DNA of 64,000 bases from a virus. Taxonomy: Duplodnaviria > Caudoviricetes. A program made the translations under genes and the position numbers. This document shows, piece after piece, positions 1 to 9,257 of this stretch (the first letter of the stretch is position 1; every line of letters starts with the position of its first letter). A model generated the notes under the pieces. It worked only from the letters and a program-made list of their open reading frames with translations, ran no database searches and was not told the origin of the DNA. The stretch lies in IMG/VR virus record IMGVR_UViG_2706795806_000001, positions 35,731 through 99,730 of that record; one strand, written 5' to 3'.

Positions 1-90
1 CCAAATGATCTTCGTCGTATTGCTGATGAGATGGAATTGCTTGGAATCGAACCTGATGAATTTGGAGGTGCAAGAAAAATATGTCAATGA
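1..90 (+). CDS. 3' end of a CDS entering from outside the window
   Basis: Frame 1 open from base 1 (PNDLRRIADEMELLGIEPDEFGGARKICQ) to TGA at 88-90, overlapping the next start. Confidence 0.6.
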   Translation, partial: PNDLRRIADEMELLGIEPDEFGGARKICQ

Positions 91-269
91 GTATATACAA
101 GAACACCATTAAGGGTGTAGTATATGAGATTCGTGAATACAACTGGGGTCGTAATGAATATGACCTCATTGTTGACGGAAGTATGAAGTTAGACAGCAAA
201 TGTAAAGATGAATGCTTTATGAAAATTTTGGAGATGGCTGGAGATGACAATGACAATGGCAAAAAATAA
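81..269 (+). CDS. hypothetical protein
   Basis: 62-aa ORF after GGAGG, coupled to both neighbours. Confidence 0.7.
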   Translation: MSMSIYKNTIKGVVYEIREYNWGRNEYDLIVDGSMKLDSKCKDECFMKILEMAGDDNDNGKK

Positions 270-1200
270 AATTACTTTGAATGTTAAAGGTGTTCGAGGT
301 GATCGTAGTATCCCTTTTGTAGTTCATCATTTCAATGATGGCACATACCAAGTTCGAGTTCCTAGTATCTCTCGTGAAGAGCTTACACCAGTATTTAAAA
401 TCAGTTGTTTTGTGGATACTTTAGATGACCTGATTATTGTAGGTATGTTGACAGATATCATAAAACGTAATACTCGTCTTGATCGTGCTTGGGTTGAGTT
501 AGAATTAACATCTCCAGCATACACACGTTATGATCGTGTAATGCACGAAGATCGCTCAGATGCTCTTGGTTTGCTTGTGTTTGCCAATATGGTTAAGGCA
601 ACTGGTGTTGATGATGTAATCCTGAATGATCCTCACAGTGAGGTTACAGTACGTGTACTGAAGGCTTTAGGTTTGTGTGTTGATGTTAAACACCAGAAGG
701 ATTGTCTACTTGAAGTTATGTTCCCGAATGAATATGATCGTAAGAGTAAGACCTTTGACAACATCAAAGAGAATTACATCATCTTCTGTCCTGATGCTGG
801 AGCTAAAAAGAAACTTGGAGATGTTGCAGACTTTACTTGCTATAAGGATCGTGATCCAAAGACAGGTAAGATTCGAGGTTTTGGTATTGAACACTATGAT
901 GACCTATCATTCTTAAATGAATCTCGTCAATCAATTTTAATTATTGATGACATTTGTGAGAAAGGTGGAACATTCTTAGGTACTGTTCAGGCTATTAGAG
1001 ATGCTGGTTGTACTTTGCCTGTTAGTCTTTATGTGACTCATGGAATCTTTCCTGAAGGCACACCGTTTGAAGATTTAACAAAAGCTCTTGATGCTATTTA
1101 TGTACACAGTATGCCAGAAGATGCTCACTACCGTTGTGCTTTAAACATATCTCGTGATGGTGGAACTTTTAATTGTGTAAATATTTATAAAAGTTTCTAA
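244..1200 (+). CDS. prs: PRPP-synthetase-like protein; probable ADPR-PP synthetase (Adps) of NARP1
   Basis: PAYTRYDR, NDPHS, PDAGA and IIDDICEKGGTF PRPP-binding loop, YVTHGIF; directly upstream of a NAMPT-like gene. Confidence 0.9.
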   Translation: MTMTMAKNKITLNVKGVRGDRSIPFVVHHFNDGTYQVRVPSISREELTPVFKISCFVDTLDDLIIVGMLTDIIKRNTRLDRAWVELELTSPAYTRYDRVMHEDRSDALGLLVFANMVKATGVDDVILNDPHSEVTVRVLKALGLCVDVKHQKDCLLEVMFPNEYDRKSKTFDNIKENYIIFCPDAGAKKKLGDVADFTCYKDRDPKTGKIRGFGIEHYDDLSFLNESRQSILIIDDICEKGGTFLGTVQAIRDAGCTLPVSLYVTHGIFPEGTPFEDLTKALDAIYVHSMPEDAHYRCALNISRDGGTFNCVNIYKSF

Positions 1201-1206
1201 AAGTAT

Positions 1207-1250
1207 TTGACAAACAGTGTTGAGGGTGTAATAATACCCTCATTGAAACA
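1207..1250 (+). promoter_or_regulatory. sigma70-like promoter overlapped by a hairpin
   Basis: TTGACA 1207-1212, TGT-AATAAT 1227-1235; inverted repeat TGAGGGT/ACCCTCA flanks the -10 box. Confidence 0.6.
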
Positions 1251-1276
1251 ACAAACCAACTCGGAGAAATATATAC

Positions 1277-3127
1277 ATGAACTTCAATCAATTCTTTGAA
1301 AAATTTGAAGGTGCTACATCAACTTTAGCTAAACAGGCTATTATGGAAGAGTATCTGTCAAATCAAGTACCAGCTTTAAACCCATTCCTGTATTGGACTG
1401 ACTCTTACAAGATTTCACACATCACTTTTGAAACAAAAGGTGTTGAGAATATCTACTCGAATGCTACAGCTCGTTTCTGTAAATATATGCGAGAGCTTCT
1501 TGGTGAGCATTATGATGATACATTTGTTGTGTTTGGTATCCAATGGATGATGATTCGTTTTCACTTGATGGCTAAGAATGGTTTCTTTGCTCGTGATAAA
1601 GATGAAGTTATGGATGAAATGCGTGATGTCCTTACACCTTATATTGGTCAGGATCGCTTCAAGCATTTTGAAGACCTACATGATATGCAGTATGTGCCTT
1701 TGATTGTTAAATCAATTGACGAAGGTTCTGTGATGCCTATCGGTATGCCTTTCTACACTTGTGAAAACACTGTGAAAGAGTTTGAGTGGTTAGCAAACTT
1801 CCTTGAGTCTGGTATGTCTACAGATACATGGAAACAAATGACAGTTGCAACTATTGCTTATGCTTTCCGTAAGATTAGCAATCAATTTGCAATGGAGACA
1901 CAAGGTAATTTGGATGGTGTAGATTTCCAAAACCATGACTTCCATACTCGTGGAGCTAGTGGTATGGAATCTGGAGCTGTAGCTGGTGTGGCGTTCTCTT
2001 TATCTTCTTTAGGTACAGATAACCTACCATCATTGTGGGCTTCTCGACACTTTTACTTTTCACGTAACACTAAAGAACGTCAGTTCCAAGCGTCAGTCCC
2101 TGCTGGTGAACACTCAGTTACTACTTTGGGTATTCTAACAGAACAACGTCGAGCTGAAGCACGAGGAGAGGAGATTTCATTATCTGAAGCAGAGCGTCGA
2201 TATACTCAGTGGATTATGAAAGAGCAGTTCCCAACAGGTATTGTATCTTTTGTAGCTGACAGTTTTGATTACTGGAACTTCATTACTGAGATTGTGCCTT
2301 CGTTGTATGATGATATCATGGCTCGTGATGGCAAGTTTGTAGTACGTGGTGATAGTGGTGATCCTGTACATATTATTGCTGGGTACAAGATTCTTGATCT
2401 TGACTCTAAAGATAGTGTACGTGGACGATTCCGTACTATTGAGCAGTTGAAATACAACACTCATTTATGGTGGGAAAATGGCATTGAGGTTATTAAGTTC
2501 AATGGTGAATATTACAAACTCAACTCAAAATTCTATGAAAATGGTATTTTAGAGACAATCAATGAAGAGAAGATTTCTCGTGAAGAGGCTCTTGGGACAA
2601 TCGAATGTCTTTGGAATATCTTTGGTGGTGAGGTAAATGATCTAGGATTCAAACACTTAGACTCACACATTGGGATGATTTATGGTGATGGTATTACTGT
2701 TCATCGTTCTGTTGATATCTTAACTCGTCTTCGTGACAAAGGTTTTGCATCAACAAATATTGTTTTTGGTGTAGGTAGTTATTCATTGAACATGCTTTCT
2801 CGTGACCATCTTGGTATGGCTATTAAAGCAACCAACGCCATCGTAGATATTGAAGGAACTTTGACAGATACACCAATCTACAAAGAACCGAAAACAGATA
2901 TGAGTAAGAAGTCTGATCGTGGTTACTTAGTTGTCCTGAAAGATGATGAAGGTAATTACACCAAGAAAGATTTACAATCTCGTAAAGCAATGCTTGAGAT
3001 TGGAGAGCTAACAACTTTGTATATGAATGGTCAATTCCATAAGTTTACAAATCTTGGGAAAATCCAAGACCGACTGTGGGCTGAAAAGCCTGAACCAAAA
3101 GAGGTGGTTGAGGAGACTGTAGTATAA
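1277..3127 (+). CDS. nadV: nicotinamide phosphoribosyltransferase-like protein; probable Namat of NARP1
   Basis: TDSYKISH, HDFHTRG, SVPAGEHSV, VADSFD, VRGDSGDP, YGDGIT, FGVGS, KEPKTD motifs of the NAMPT family. Confidence 0.92.
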   Translation: MNFNQFFEKFEGATSTLAKQAIMEEYLSNQVPALNPFLYWTDSYKISHITFETKGVENIYSNATARFCKYMRELLGEHYDDTFVVFGIQWMMIRFHLMAKNGFFARDKDEVMDEMRDVLTPYIGQDRFKHFEDLHDMQYVPLIVKSIDEGSVMPIGMPFYTCENTVKEFEWLANFLESGMSTDTWKQMTVATIAYAFRKISNQFAMETQGNLDGVDFQNHDFHTRGASGMESGAVAGVAFSLSSLGTDNLPSLWASRHFYFSRNTKERQFQASVPAGEHSVTTLGILTEQRRAEARGEEISLSEAERRYTQWIMKEQFPTGIVSFVADSFDYWNFITEIVPSLYDDIMARDGKFVVRGDSGDPVHIIAGYKILDLDSKDSVRGRFRTIEQLKYNTHLWWENGIEVIKFNGEYYKLNSKFYENGILETINEEKISREEALGTIECLWNIFGGEVNDLGFKHLDSHIGMIYGDGITVHRSVDILTRLRDKGFASTNIVFGVGSYSLNMLSRDHLGMAIKATNAIVDIEGTLTDTPIYKEPKTDMSKKSDRGYLVVLKDDEGNYTKKDLQSRKAMLEIGELTTLYMNGQFHKFTNLGKIQDRLWAEKPEPKEVVEETVV

Positions 3128-3132
3128 TATTG

Positions 3133-3166
3133 AAGGGAGGTGAGCTTAGGCTTGCTTCCCTTTTTT
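3133..3166 (+). terminator. rho-independent terminator overlapping a TTGCTT-N17-TACAAT promoter
   Basis: AAGGGAGGTGAGC-TTAG-GCTTGCTTCCC followed by T6. Confidence 0.85.
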
Positions 3167-3204
3167 GTTTCTGGTACAATTTATTTTTATTTGGAGGATT
3201 TATT

Positions 3205-3729
3205 ATGGATGTTGTAAAATATTTAACACTACAGGAAGTGGCTCATGAAGACAAGGCTCTGAGATTACCTAGCTCATTTGGCTTTGTAGTACACCCAGAC
3301 GGACGTTTGTTTCATCTGGTACGTCAGTATTATCATGGTGTAGCAATAGCCCTCCTAGAGCCTAAGAAGGCTGAAGAGTATGGTATTGGTTTACCTCTTC
3401 GTGATTATGTTGATGTCTATAAGTATCAAGACTTCATGTTTGATGTTGCAGATGATCTTGGGTATATTACTGTTGGTCTCGGTATGTTTAATCGCATCTC
3501 TTATGATCGTAGTCAGAATATTTCAAAAGAACAGGTTGACACTATGAAGAAATACTTCTACAATACAGGAATGTTAGAGGATACATTCATGACAAATCAG
3601 GGTGATGTATCTGGAGCAGAAGCTGTAAGAAACCTTGATGCACAGTATGCCAAAATTAAATTGAATGGTGGCTTGCACAAAGAGGTTGATGATGTTAAAC
3701 TAATTGAACCAGATGAATTATTTAATTAA
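3205..3729 (+). CDS. hypothetical protein
   Basis: ATG at 3205 after GGAGG; 174 aa. Confidence 0.8.
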   Translation: MDVVKYLTLQEVAHEDKALRLPSSFGFVVHPDGRLFHLVRQYYHGVAIALLEPKKAEEYGIGLPLRDYVDVYKYQDFMFDVADDLGYITVGLGMFNRISYDRSQNISKEQVDTMKKYFYNTGMLEDTFMTNQGDVSGAEAVRNLDAQYAKIKLNGGLHKEVDDVKLIEPDELFN

Positions 3730-3740
3730 GGTGAAATGTT

Positions 3741-4226
3741 ATGATGTTACCACACGGAATTTTCTTTAAACCAAATGCTAAATTTCTAAACACTATGGCA
3801 AGTGAGTATAAGGATGTTGGAATCCTTGAAGCTGGTTCTGGTGTTGGTCATGTGCTAAAGGTTGTTAAGGAGTATGGGAAGAATTACGGTATCTCTGCAA
3901 TGAGTAATATTCGTGGTTTTGATATTCATCGTCGAACTGAGTATGAAGTACCTGAGTTTGAAATCTTTATGGCAGATGCACTAGATTTAACTGTGTACCA
4001 TCAAAGACTTCAGGTTCTTGTGTGTCGTCCTGATCATGGTGGTTGGGTTAGTGAGCTACTGGAACAATTCCTATTAGGTGAAAAAGTGTGTAAGCGTTTC
4101 ATTTATGTTGGGAAGCCTGAGAATATTGAAATTGATTTTGATGAAGATCAATTACTGCATGTACATAAAAAGGTAGAGGGTGTTGGTGAAGACAACGAAA
4201 CAATGTTGGTTTGGGAGATTGTGTAA
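3741..4226 (+). CDS. putative class I SAM-dependent methyltransferase-like protein
   Basis: ILEAGSGVG motif I followed by RGFDI acidic motif II and ADAL. Confidence 0.55.
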   Translation: MMLPHGIFFKPNAKFLNTMASEYKDVGILEAGSGVGHVLKVVKEYGKNYGISAMSNIRGFDIHRRTEYEVPEFEIFMADALDLTVYHQRLQVLVCRPDHGGWVSELLEQFLLGEKVCKRFIYVGKPENIEIDFDEDQLLHVHKKVEGVGEDNETMLVWEIV

Positions 4227-4756
4227 TGAGTGGATTTTTGATGTCCTTGTGTATCTTGGCATTCCTGTTATTATTGGTATTTCTTTTCTTTTTGATTAAA
4301 GGTGCTAATGATGAAGAGATAGCGAAGATGCCAGTAAGTGTCAATCGTGGTGAATTAATAAGCTCTGTCAAGATGAAGTATATTCATGCTTATGAGTGGG
4401 CTGTAAAACATCTTAGTGTTGATACCAACGCTTTGAATGAATGGAAGGCATATTCCGAAGAGAAGAAGCATGAACGGTTTGAATACAACCTCTGCTATCA
4501 AGTATCTCGGTACAGTCATTATCGTCCGAAGAACTTCCCGAAGATGAAAAATGAAGTTACAAATGGAAGTCTGTATGATTGCTATAATGCCAGAAACTTT
4601 ATGATTGAATTCATTGGTATTGTAGAAGATTTGAAGAAAGACCATGAGCTTGTAGACCTTTGTGATCAATATAAAGTTCCTGTAGATTTTGGTGTAATTG
4701 GATCAAAACGTAAGTATGATTCTCGTTACTCTAGTTATGAAGGGAGATGGCTTTAG
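4226..4756 (+). CDS. hypothetical membrane-anchored protein
   Basis: N-terminal hydrophobic helix; start overlaps the upstream stop. Confidence 0.75.
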   Translation: MSGFLMSLCILAFLLLLVFLFFLIKGANDEEIAKMPVSVNRGELISSVKMKYIHAYEWAVKHLSVDTNALNEWKAYSEEKKHERFEYNLCYQVSRYSHYRPKNFPKMKNEVTNGSLYDCYNARNFMIEFIGIVEDLKKDHELVDLCDQYKVPVDFGVIGSKRKYDSRYSSYEGRWL

Positions 4757-4958
4757 ATACGCCAGCGAGACAAGGGATGAGACAAAGACTTCAGAGGGAC
4801 TTCTTGGGGTAAGCTCCAGAAGAGATAGGATGAGAGCCAGATGCTCTGCAATAACAGAGTTGAGTAACACTATTAGAGATACTGAATCCGTGTTAAATGA
4901 GCAAAGTAGAATCCTTGAGATGGCTGTTAAAAATATTTAAATTATTTTGAAATAAGGG

Positions 4959-5018
4959 TTGACATACAGCCCTTGTCTCTATAAAATGAACCACATAGAC
5001 AAACAAACCAATCGGAGT
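4959..5018 (+). promoter_or_regulatory. sigma70 promoter with early-type CA-rich leader
   Basis: TTGACA-N17-TAAAAT followed by CACATAGACAAACAAAC. Confidence 0.75.
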
Positions 5019-5025
5019 AAACACT

Positions 5026-5709
5026 ATGAACTTTTTAAAGAAACTTTTCACTATCGGTACTAACGTAGTAACAGAAGCTGGTGAGAAAACTGTAGATAAT
5101 TTAGTTGATATTCGTCGTGAAGGCAACGGCATTATCCGTAAACTTGATTCAAACATTAAAGCAATTGAATCTCGTGTGGAGGATGCACAAGTTAGTGTGA
5201 ACTTAGCTAAGTTAGAAATTAAAGAGAGTGAGCCACGTATTACTGCAATGAACAAAGTAGCTAAACGTGCTGTTAAATCTGGAAATGATGGAGATGCTTT
5301 AAATGCACTATCTCAGGTTGAAAGTATGGAAATGATGAACACAAGCCATCAATCAACTATTGAAACTTTAGAACCTATCATTAAAGAGCAATTGGCAAAT
5401 GTTCGTACATTAAAGACTGAACGAAATCAACTGCAAAGTGAGATCACTCGTCTTGATATCGAAGAGAAAGCTTACAAAGCTAAATTACAATTACTTGGTG
5501 GAGGTGCTGGTGATATGGCGTTTAATGTTGATGAACTTCGTAACCGTGTGAAGCGTGTTAAAGCTCAAGTTGATGCAAAACAAGTTATCAAGAATAACTC
5601 TGTAGAAAACCTTGAACAGAAATACAATGTTTCTGGAAGTAGTGTAACAGCTACAGCTCAAGAGCGTTTGGAAGCTTTGAAAGCTAAGAACTCTGAAAAA
5701 GAAGATTAA
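5026..5709 (+). CDS. PspA/IM30-family coiled-coil protein
   Basis: MNFLKKLF amphipathic start, long coiled coil, A..AVKSGNDGDALNAL, C-terminal ERLEALKAK. Confidence 0.75.
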   Translation: MNFLKKLFTIGTNVVTEAGEKTVDNLVDIRREGNGIIRKLDSNIKAIESRVEDAQVSVNLAKLEIKESEPRITAMNKVAKRAVKSGNDGDALNALSQVESMEMMNTSHQSTIETLEPIIKEQLANVRTLKTERNQLQSEITRLDIEEKAYKAKLQLLGGGAGDMAFNVDELRNRVKRVKAQVDAKQVIKNNSVENLEQKYNVSGSSVTATAQERLEALKAKNSEKED

Positions 5710-5715
5710 TTAATA

Positions 5716-5747
5716 AGGCAATCATCATAAGGTGGTTGCCTTTTTTA
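5716..5747 (+). terminator. rho-independent terminator
   Basis: AAGGCAATCATC-ATAA-GGTGGTTGCCTT followed by a T-run. Confidence 0.8.
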
Positions 5748-5784
5748 TTGCCTATGTTATAATAAATTAAATTAGGAGGTGTAT

Positions 5785-5937
5785 ATGTTTGGGTATTGGT
5801 GGAATGTTTTGTTTTGCAAGCATGAATTAGAAACTGTAAACAAAGTGAGACACACATGGGAGCTAGGGTATCTGTACACTGTATATCATTGCCGTTGTAC
5901 TAAGTGTGGTTATATCAAAGGAGTAAAAGTGAAGTGA
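5785..5937 (+). CDS. small Cys/His protein, 50 aa (not in ORF track)
   Basis: AGGAGG RBS; MFGYWWNVLFCKHE...CRCTKCG. Confidence 0.7.
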   Translation: MFGYWWNVLFCKHELETVNKVRHTWELGYLYTVYHCRCTKCGYIKGVKVK

Positions 5938-6185
5938 ATACAATTGATTTGACGAAGAAGAAGGTGGAGAAGTTTGGAGGTATTTCAGGTCTTAGAAATA
6001 TTCTAAGTTTTGCACCTACATCACCAGATGCTGTGTACTATGTTCACAAGGTTTCTCGTGTTACTGGTCACATGGGTTTCTTTACAGATAAATTCATTGT
6101 TGGTGTTGACAATCCAGCAGATTGCTGTAAGATTAAAGACATGAGAGATTATGTTCGAGACTTCCATAAGACAAAGGTGCTATGA
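5934..6185 (+). CDS. hypothetical protein
   Basis: GTG start after AAGGAG, overlapping the previous stop. Confidence 0.7.
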   Translation: MNTIDLTKKKVEKFGGISGLRNILSFAPTSPDAVYYVHKVSRVTGHMGFFTDKFIVGVDNPADCCKIKDMRDYVRDFHKTKVL

Positions 6186-6307
6186 TGAAAGAAGTTTTTA
6201 AGTGGTTGTTGTTAGTGGGTTCTATTTCTTGTGTTGTCATCACATTATTACAGATGAAGGATTCAGGTTGTAATGGTTTAGATTGCTCTGAGGTGGTGCA
6301 TGAGTGA
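6182..6307 (+). CDS. small membrane protein, 41 aa
   Basis: ATGA overlap; hydrophobic WLLLVGSISCVVITLL. Confidence 0.55.
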   Translation: MMKEVFKWLLLVGSISCVVITLLQMKDSGCNGLDCSEVVHE

Positions 6308-6500
6308 AGAGTATCAAGTAGGTGTTAAAGTTATCCTACATACTGGTAAGAATGAATATGAATACCCTTATGAGATAACAGAACGACACGGTGAACACTT
6401 TCGATTGAAGTCGAAACATGGTATCAGGTTTTGTAGGTTGTGGAGAATCAAACGACTTGCAACTCAAAATGAAATAGCAGTAGACAGTTGGAGTACATAG
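6300..6500 (+). CDS. hypothetical protein
   Basis: GAGGTGG RBS; 66 aa. Confidence 0.7.
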   Translation: MSEEYQVGVKVILHTGKNEYEYPYEITERHGEHFRLKSKHGIRFCRLWRIKRLATQNEIAVDSWST

Positions 6501-6501
6501 A

Positions 6502-7005
6502 ATGGATCGTAATTTAGTTGAGTATATTGGTGGGCTTGAGGCATCTATTAAAGCATTGGATGTAATGAGACAACACAAGATTTGCTGTGGAGAATACCAG
6601 TGGGATATGTTGGAAGTCTTTGGTAAAGGTAGAGCAAGCCGAAAGGTTGTTGATCGTAAGCTGGAAGCTTTAATATCTTATGACAGTAAAACCTCATTCA
6701 GCCTAGATGAGCTTGAGAGAGCCGTAGAGCAAGAGTTGAAGAGACACCTAACAACCATAGATGAGAGCTTTAAAGTCGTCTATAACGAGCCTACAGTGCT
6801 TCCAAGACGATTGTTTGGTGCTAGTCGTTCTGATTACTGGGAGGCATCTCCTAAACTCCTATTGAAGTATGAGAAAGGTGGAGAGACTTACTATGTAACT
6901 GGTGAGTATCACTTTAAAACTTATGAAGGTGGTATTGACGAATTCCGATTAGATGGTCATAATGGTAATTGGTCTCAGTTTGTTACAGGATGGGCTTATG
7001 TCTGA
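6502..7005 (+). CDS. hypothetical protein
   Basis: 167-aa ORF with GGAG RBS. Confidence 0.8.
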   Translation: MDRNLVEYIGGLEASIKALDVMRQHKICCGEYQWDMLEVFGKGRASRKVVDRKLEALISYDSKTSFSLDELERAVEQELKRHLTTIDESFKVVYNEPTVLPRRLFGASRSDYWEASPKLLLKYEKGGETYYVTGEYHFKTYEGGIDEFRLDGHNGNWSQFVTGWAYV

Positions 7006-7174
7006 TAATGTAAAAGCATTCTTAATTGTTATGGTCTTTATTGTATTGTGCATATTTGCAGGTAATACAACAAGAGATAGACATCGAGAAGAGGTATGTA
7101 GTATTAAAGGTAAGTCCACATATATCTATGGAGGATTTGAATACAGTTGTTTAAATGGAGGGAGGTTGAAATGA
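6998..7174 (+). CDS. small membrane protein
   Basis: N-terminal TM helix AFLIVMVFIVLCIFA. Confidence 0.6.
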   Translation: MSDNVKAFLIVMVFIVLCIFAGNTTRDRHREEVCSIKGKSTYIYGGFEYSCLNGGRLK

Positions 7175-7283
7175 AAAAGATTCCTAAACCTAAAGTAGTT
7201 CCAATTAGTTCCAGTAAATTGGTTAAGTTATTTCCACCTATCAAGGTGTATACAATCTGGCAGTTATTTAAAGGAGAACACAA

Positions 7284-7541
7284 ATGTCACACGGCAACAT
7301 GACTATGGAACAAGCTAAAGAACTTCAGAGACAATATGGAGGTCGGGTAATCTCAACAGGTTTGACTGGAGAACAACGTGTAACTCATCACAAGCCGACA
7401 GATAGAATGGAAGACTTTAACTTAGCGTTGCACAGAAATGGTGATCACAATGCAAACATACAAGCAACTGTAGTTGTAATGAAAAGCCGTAAGACTCGTA
7501 CAGGTGTTGAGTCTCATGTGATCCAGAAGTTTGAGCTGTAG
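7284..7541 (+). CDS. hypothetical protein
   Basis: AAGGAG RBS; last gene of the rightward run. Confidence 0.75.
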   Translation: MSHGNMTMEQAKELQRQYGGRVISTGLTGEQRVTHHKPTDRMEDFNLALHRNGDHNANIQATVVVMKSRKTRTGVESHVIQKFEL

Positions 7542-7620
7542 ATATTCCCAGATATTCCTGAGAATCTGAACAAAAAGGCAAAACTTTTTGAAAGTTTTTG
7601 GATTATTTAGGGTGGTGTGG

Positions 7621-7650
7621 TTGACATAGGTTAGCCATCCACTATATAAT
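7621..7650 (+). promoter_or_regulatory. sigma70 promoter upstream of a candidate ncRNA
   Basis: TTGACA-N18-TATAAT with no convincing downstream ORF. Confidence 0.6.
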
Positions 7651-7690
7651 AGAACTCTTATGTAGTTTTAAACTTTAATTATTTACACAT

Positions 7691-7852
7691 CAATCAGTCG
7701 TAGGAGCATTTGCTATGAAGTTTTAATCTTTGGCTATATAGGTGGGAAGCTTCAGAAATAACTGGAACAAAGTGTCTAAGTGTTTCACCATCTTGATCGA
7801 GTTCATTGCATGGCTTCTGCTTTGAACAAGGAAGGCTTTCTATTGCTGATTG
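7691..7852 (+). ncRNA. candidate structured ncRNA (four-way junction)
   Basis: Closing stem CAATCAG/CTGATTG plus three internal hairpins with G-U pairs on the + strand. Confidence 0.5.
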
Positions 7853-8262
7853 TCTTCCTCCTTTCCTCTCTTCCACTCTCCCTGAAAAATTTTTGCAAGG
7901 CATGATGGATTTGAAATCTGAAACCATATACACCGTTTGTAGGTTTTTACAATCTTCACAAGAAATTACAATTAATCTGGAAGCAATTCATAAAAGTTAG
8001 AGAATTGCAATAGGAAATTACAAAAGATAATTATTTATTTTAATTGATTTTTATTTTTATTGTGGTATTCACACACGCCCACATATTAGAAAGAACAATA
8101 AACCTTGTCCGTTTCAGTGATTGCTATTATCTCAAGCCTTAAAAACATTGCATTAAAAAAGATTTCCTGAAAATTTTCCGAAAATTTAACATACAATTAT
8201 TTTAAAAAACAAAGACTTAACCAAAAGTTAAATATTATTTTTAATTATTTTTATCTAAGGTA

Positions 8263-8322
8263 TTGCAAAAATAATTTATTCCTATAGAATGGCATCCATA
8301 CCAAGCAAACAACTTAAAAGGT
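8263..8322 (+). promoter_or_regulatory. early promoter + conserved leader
   Basis: TTGCAA-N16-TAGAAT then ATACCAAGCAAACAACTTAAAAGG. Confidence 0.8.
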
Positions 8323-8329
8323 TATTAAC

Positions 8330-9007
8330 ATGAAAGCATTTAACTTTAAACATTCTTTTGAATATGACAACGACTTAGCACGTATTTACTTTGAAGACTT
8401 TGAACGTGAAACGTCTTTACTTCGATATGGTGTACGTGATTTTGATTATTATGTATTGTTCGCCACTGCTGAAGACAAGGACAAGAAATACTATAAAGTC
8501 TCTTCATTGCGTAAAATGAAGAAAACAGACCTATATGATCTTTGTGTGAACTTCGATCTAGTGGCATACTGGGAAGATGAAAAAGAGTATTTAAAGAAAG
8601 ATTTTATTGAAATGTTATTGACAATAGATAATGAGGCGTTCTATAATGGTCACTATGAAAACGTACCTTATCAAGATTTAGATAGCGATTTTGTAATTCG
8701 TGGGAACTGTCAAGGTGACTATGTAAAAATTAAATTAGTTGGAAAGTTTGAACCATACATGACAAGTCAGTATCTTGAACAAGTATTCTTTCAAACGCCT
8801 ATCTATTGCCGTGTATCTGTATTAGATGGCAACTATGAAGAGATTGAAGGACAAGACGAATTATATATTGATTCTTTTGTCAAAGACTTATATAATTTTG
8901 ACAAGTCGGAAGTGTTGGAAATTGTAAAGGATCAATATAAAGATGAATTATTTTTTATTGACCTATGCAACTATGTAGAAAACTGTTTTGCAAATGAACC
9001 AAAGTAA
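8330..9007 (+). CDS. acidic early protein, function unknown
   Basis: 225 aa, D/E/Y-rich, RGNCQGDY motif. Confidence 0.85.
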   Translation: MKAFNFKHSFEYDNDLARIYFEDFERETSLLRYGVRDFDYYVLFATAEDKDKKYYKVSSLRKMKKTDLYDLCVNFDLVAYWEDEKEYLKKDFIEMLLTIDNEAFYNGHYENVPYQDLDSDFVIRGNCQGDYVKIKLVGKFEPYMTSQYLEQVFFQTPIYCRVSVLDGNYEEIEGQDELYIDSFVKDLYNFDKSEVLEIVKDQYKDELFFIDLCNYVENCFANEPK

Positions 9008-9020
9008 GGAAAAAATTGAA

Positions 9021-9230
9021 ATGTCTTTAATTATTGTTACTCGTTACGCTCAAAAAAACAAAACTAGCAAGCTTTGTAAGCGTCACACTTTTAAACGTGG
9101 AAAGATTGACAGTGTTGATATTGAGCCAATCCCAGAAAGCACATTGAATGAATTATTGAAAGATAAAAACAATATTCACTTTGTAAATGTTGAGAAGTTA
9201 AGCGATTTAGATTTAAAAAGTTTAGATTAA
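9021..9230 (+). CDS. hypothetical early protein
   Basis: AAGGA RBS, ATG 9021. Confidence 0.75.
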   Translation: MSLIIVTRYAQKNKTSKLCKRHTFKRGKIDSVDIEPIPESTLNELLKDKNNIHFVNVEKLSDLDLKSLD

Positions 9231-9235
9231 CAATG

Positions 9236-9257
9236 AAGAGGCGCAAGCCTCTTTTTT
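9236..9257 (+). terminator. rho-independent terminator, possibly bidirectional
   Basis: AAGAGGC-GCAA-GCCTCTT followed by a T-run. Confidence 0.85.

Noticed and set aside
7694-8000. ORFs 7694-7933(-) and 7806-8000(+)
   Set aside because: No RBS and atypical composition; the region is better explained as structured RNA
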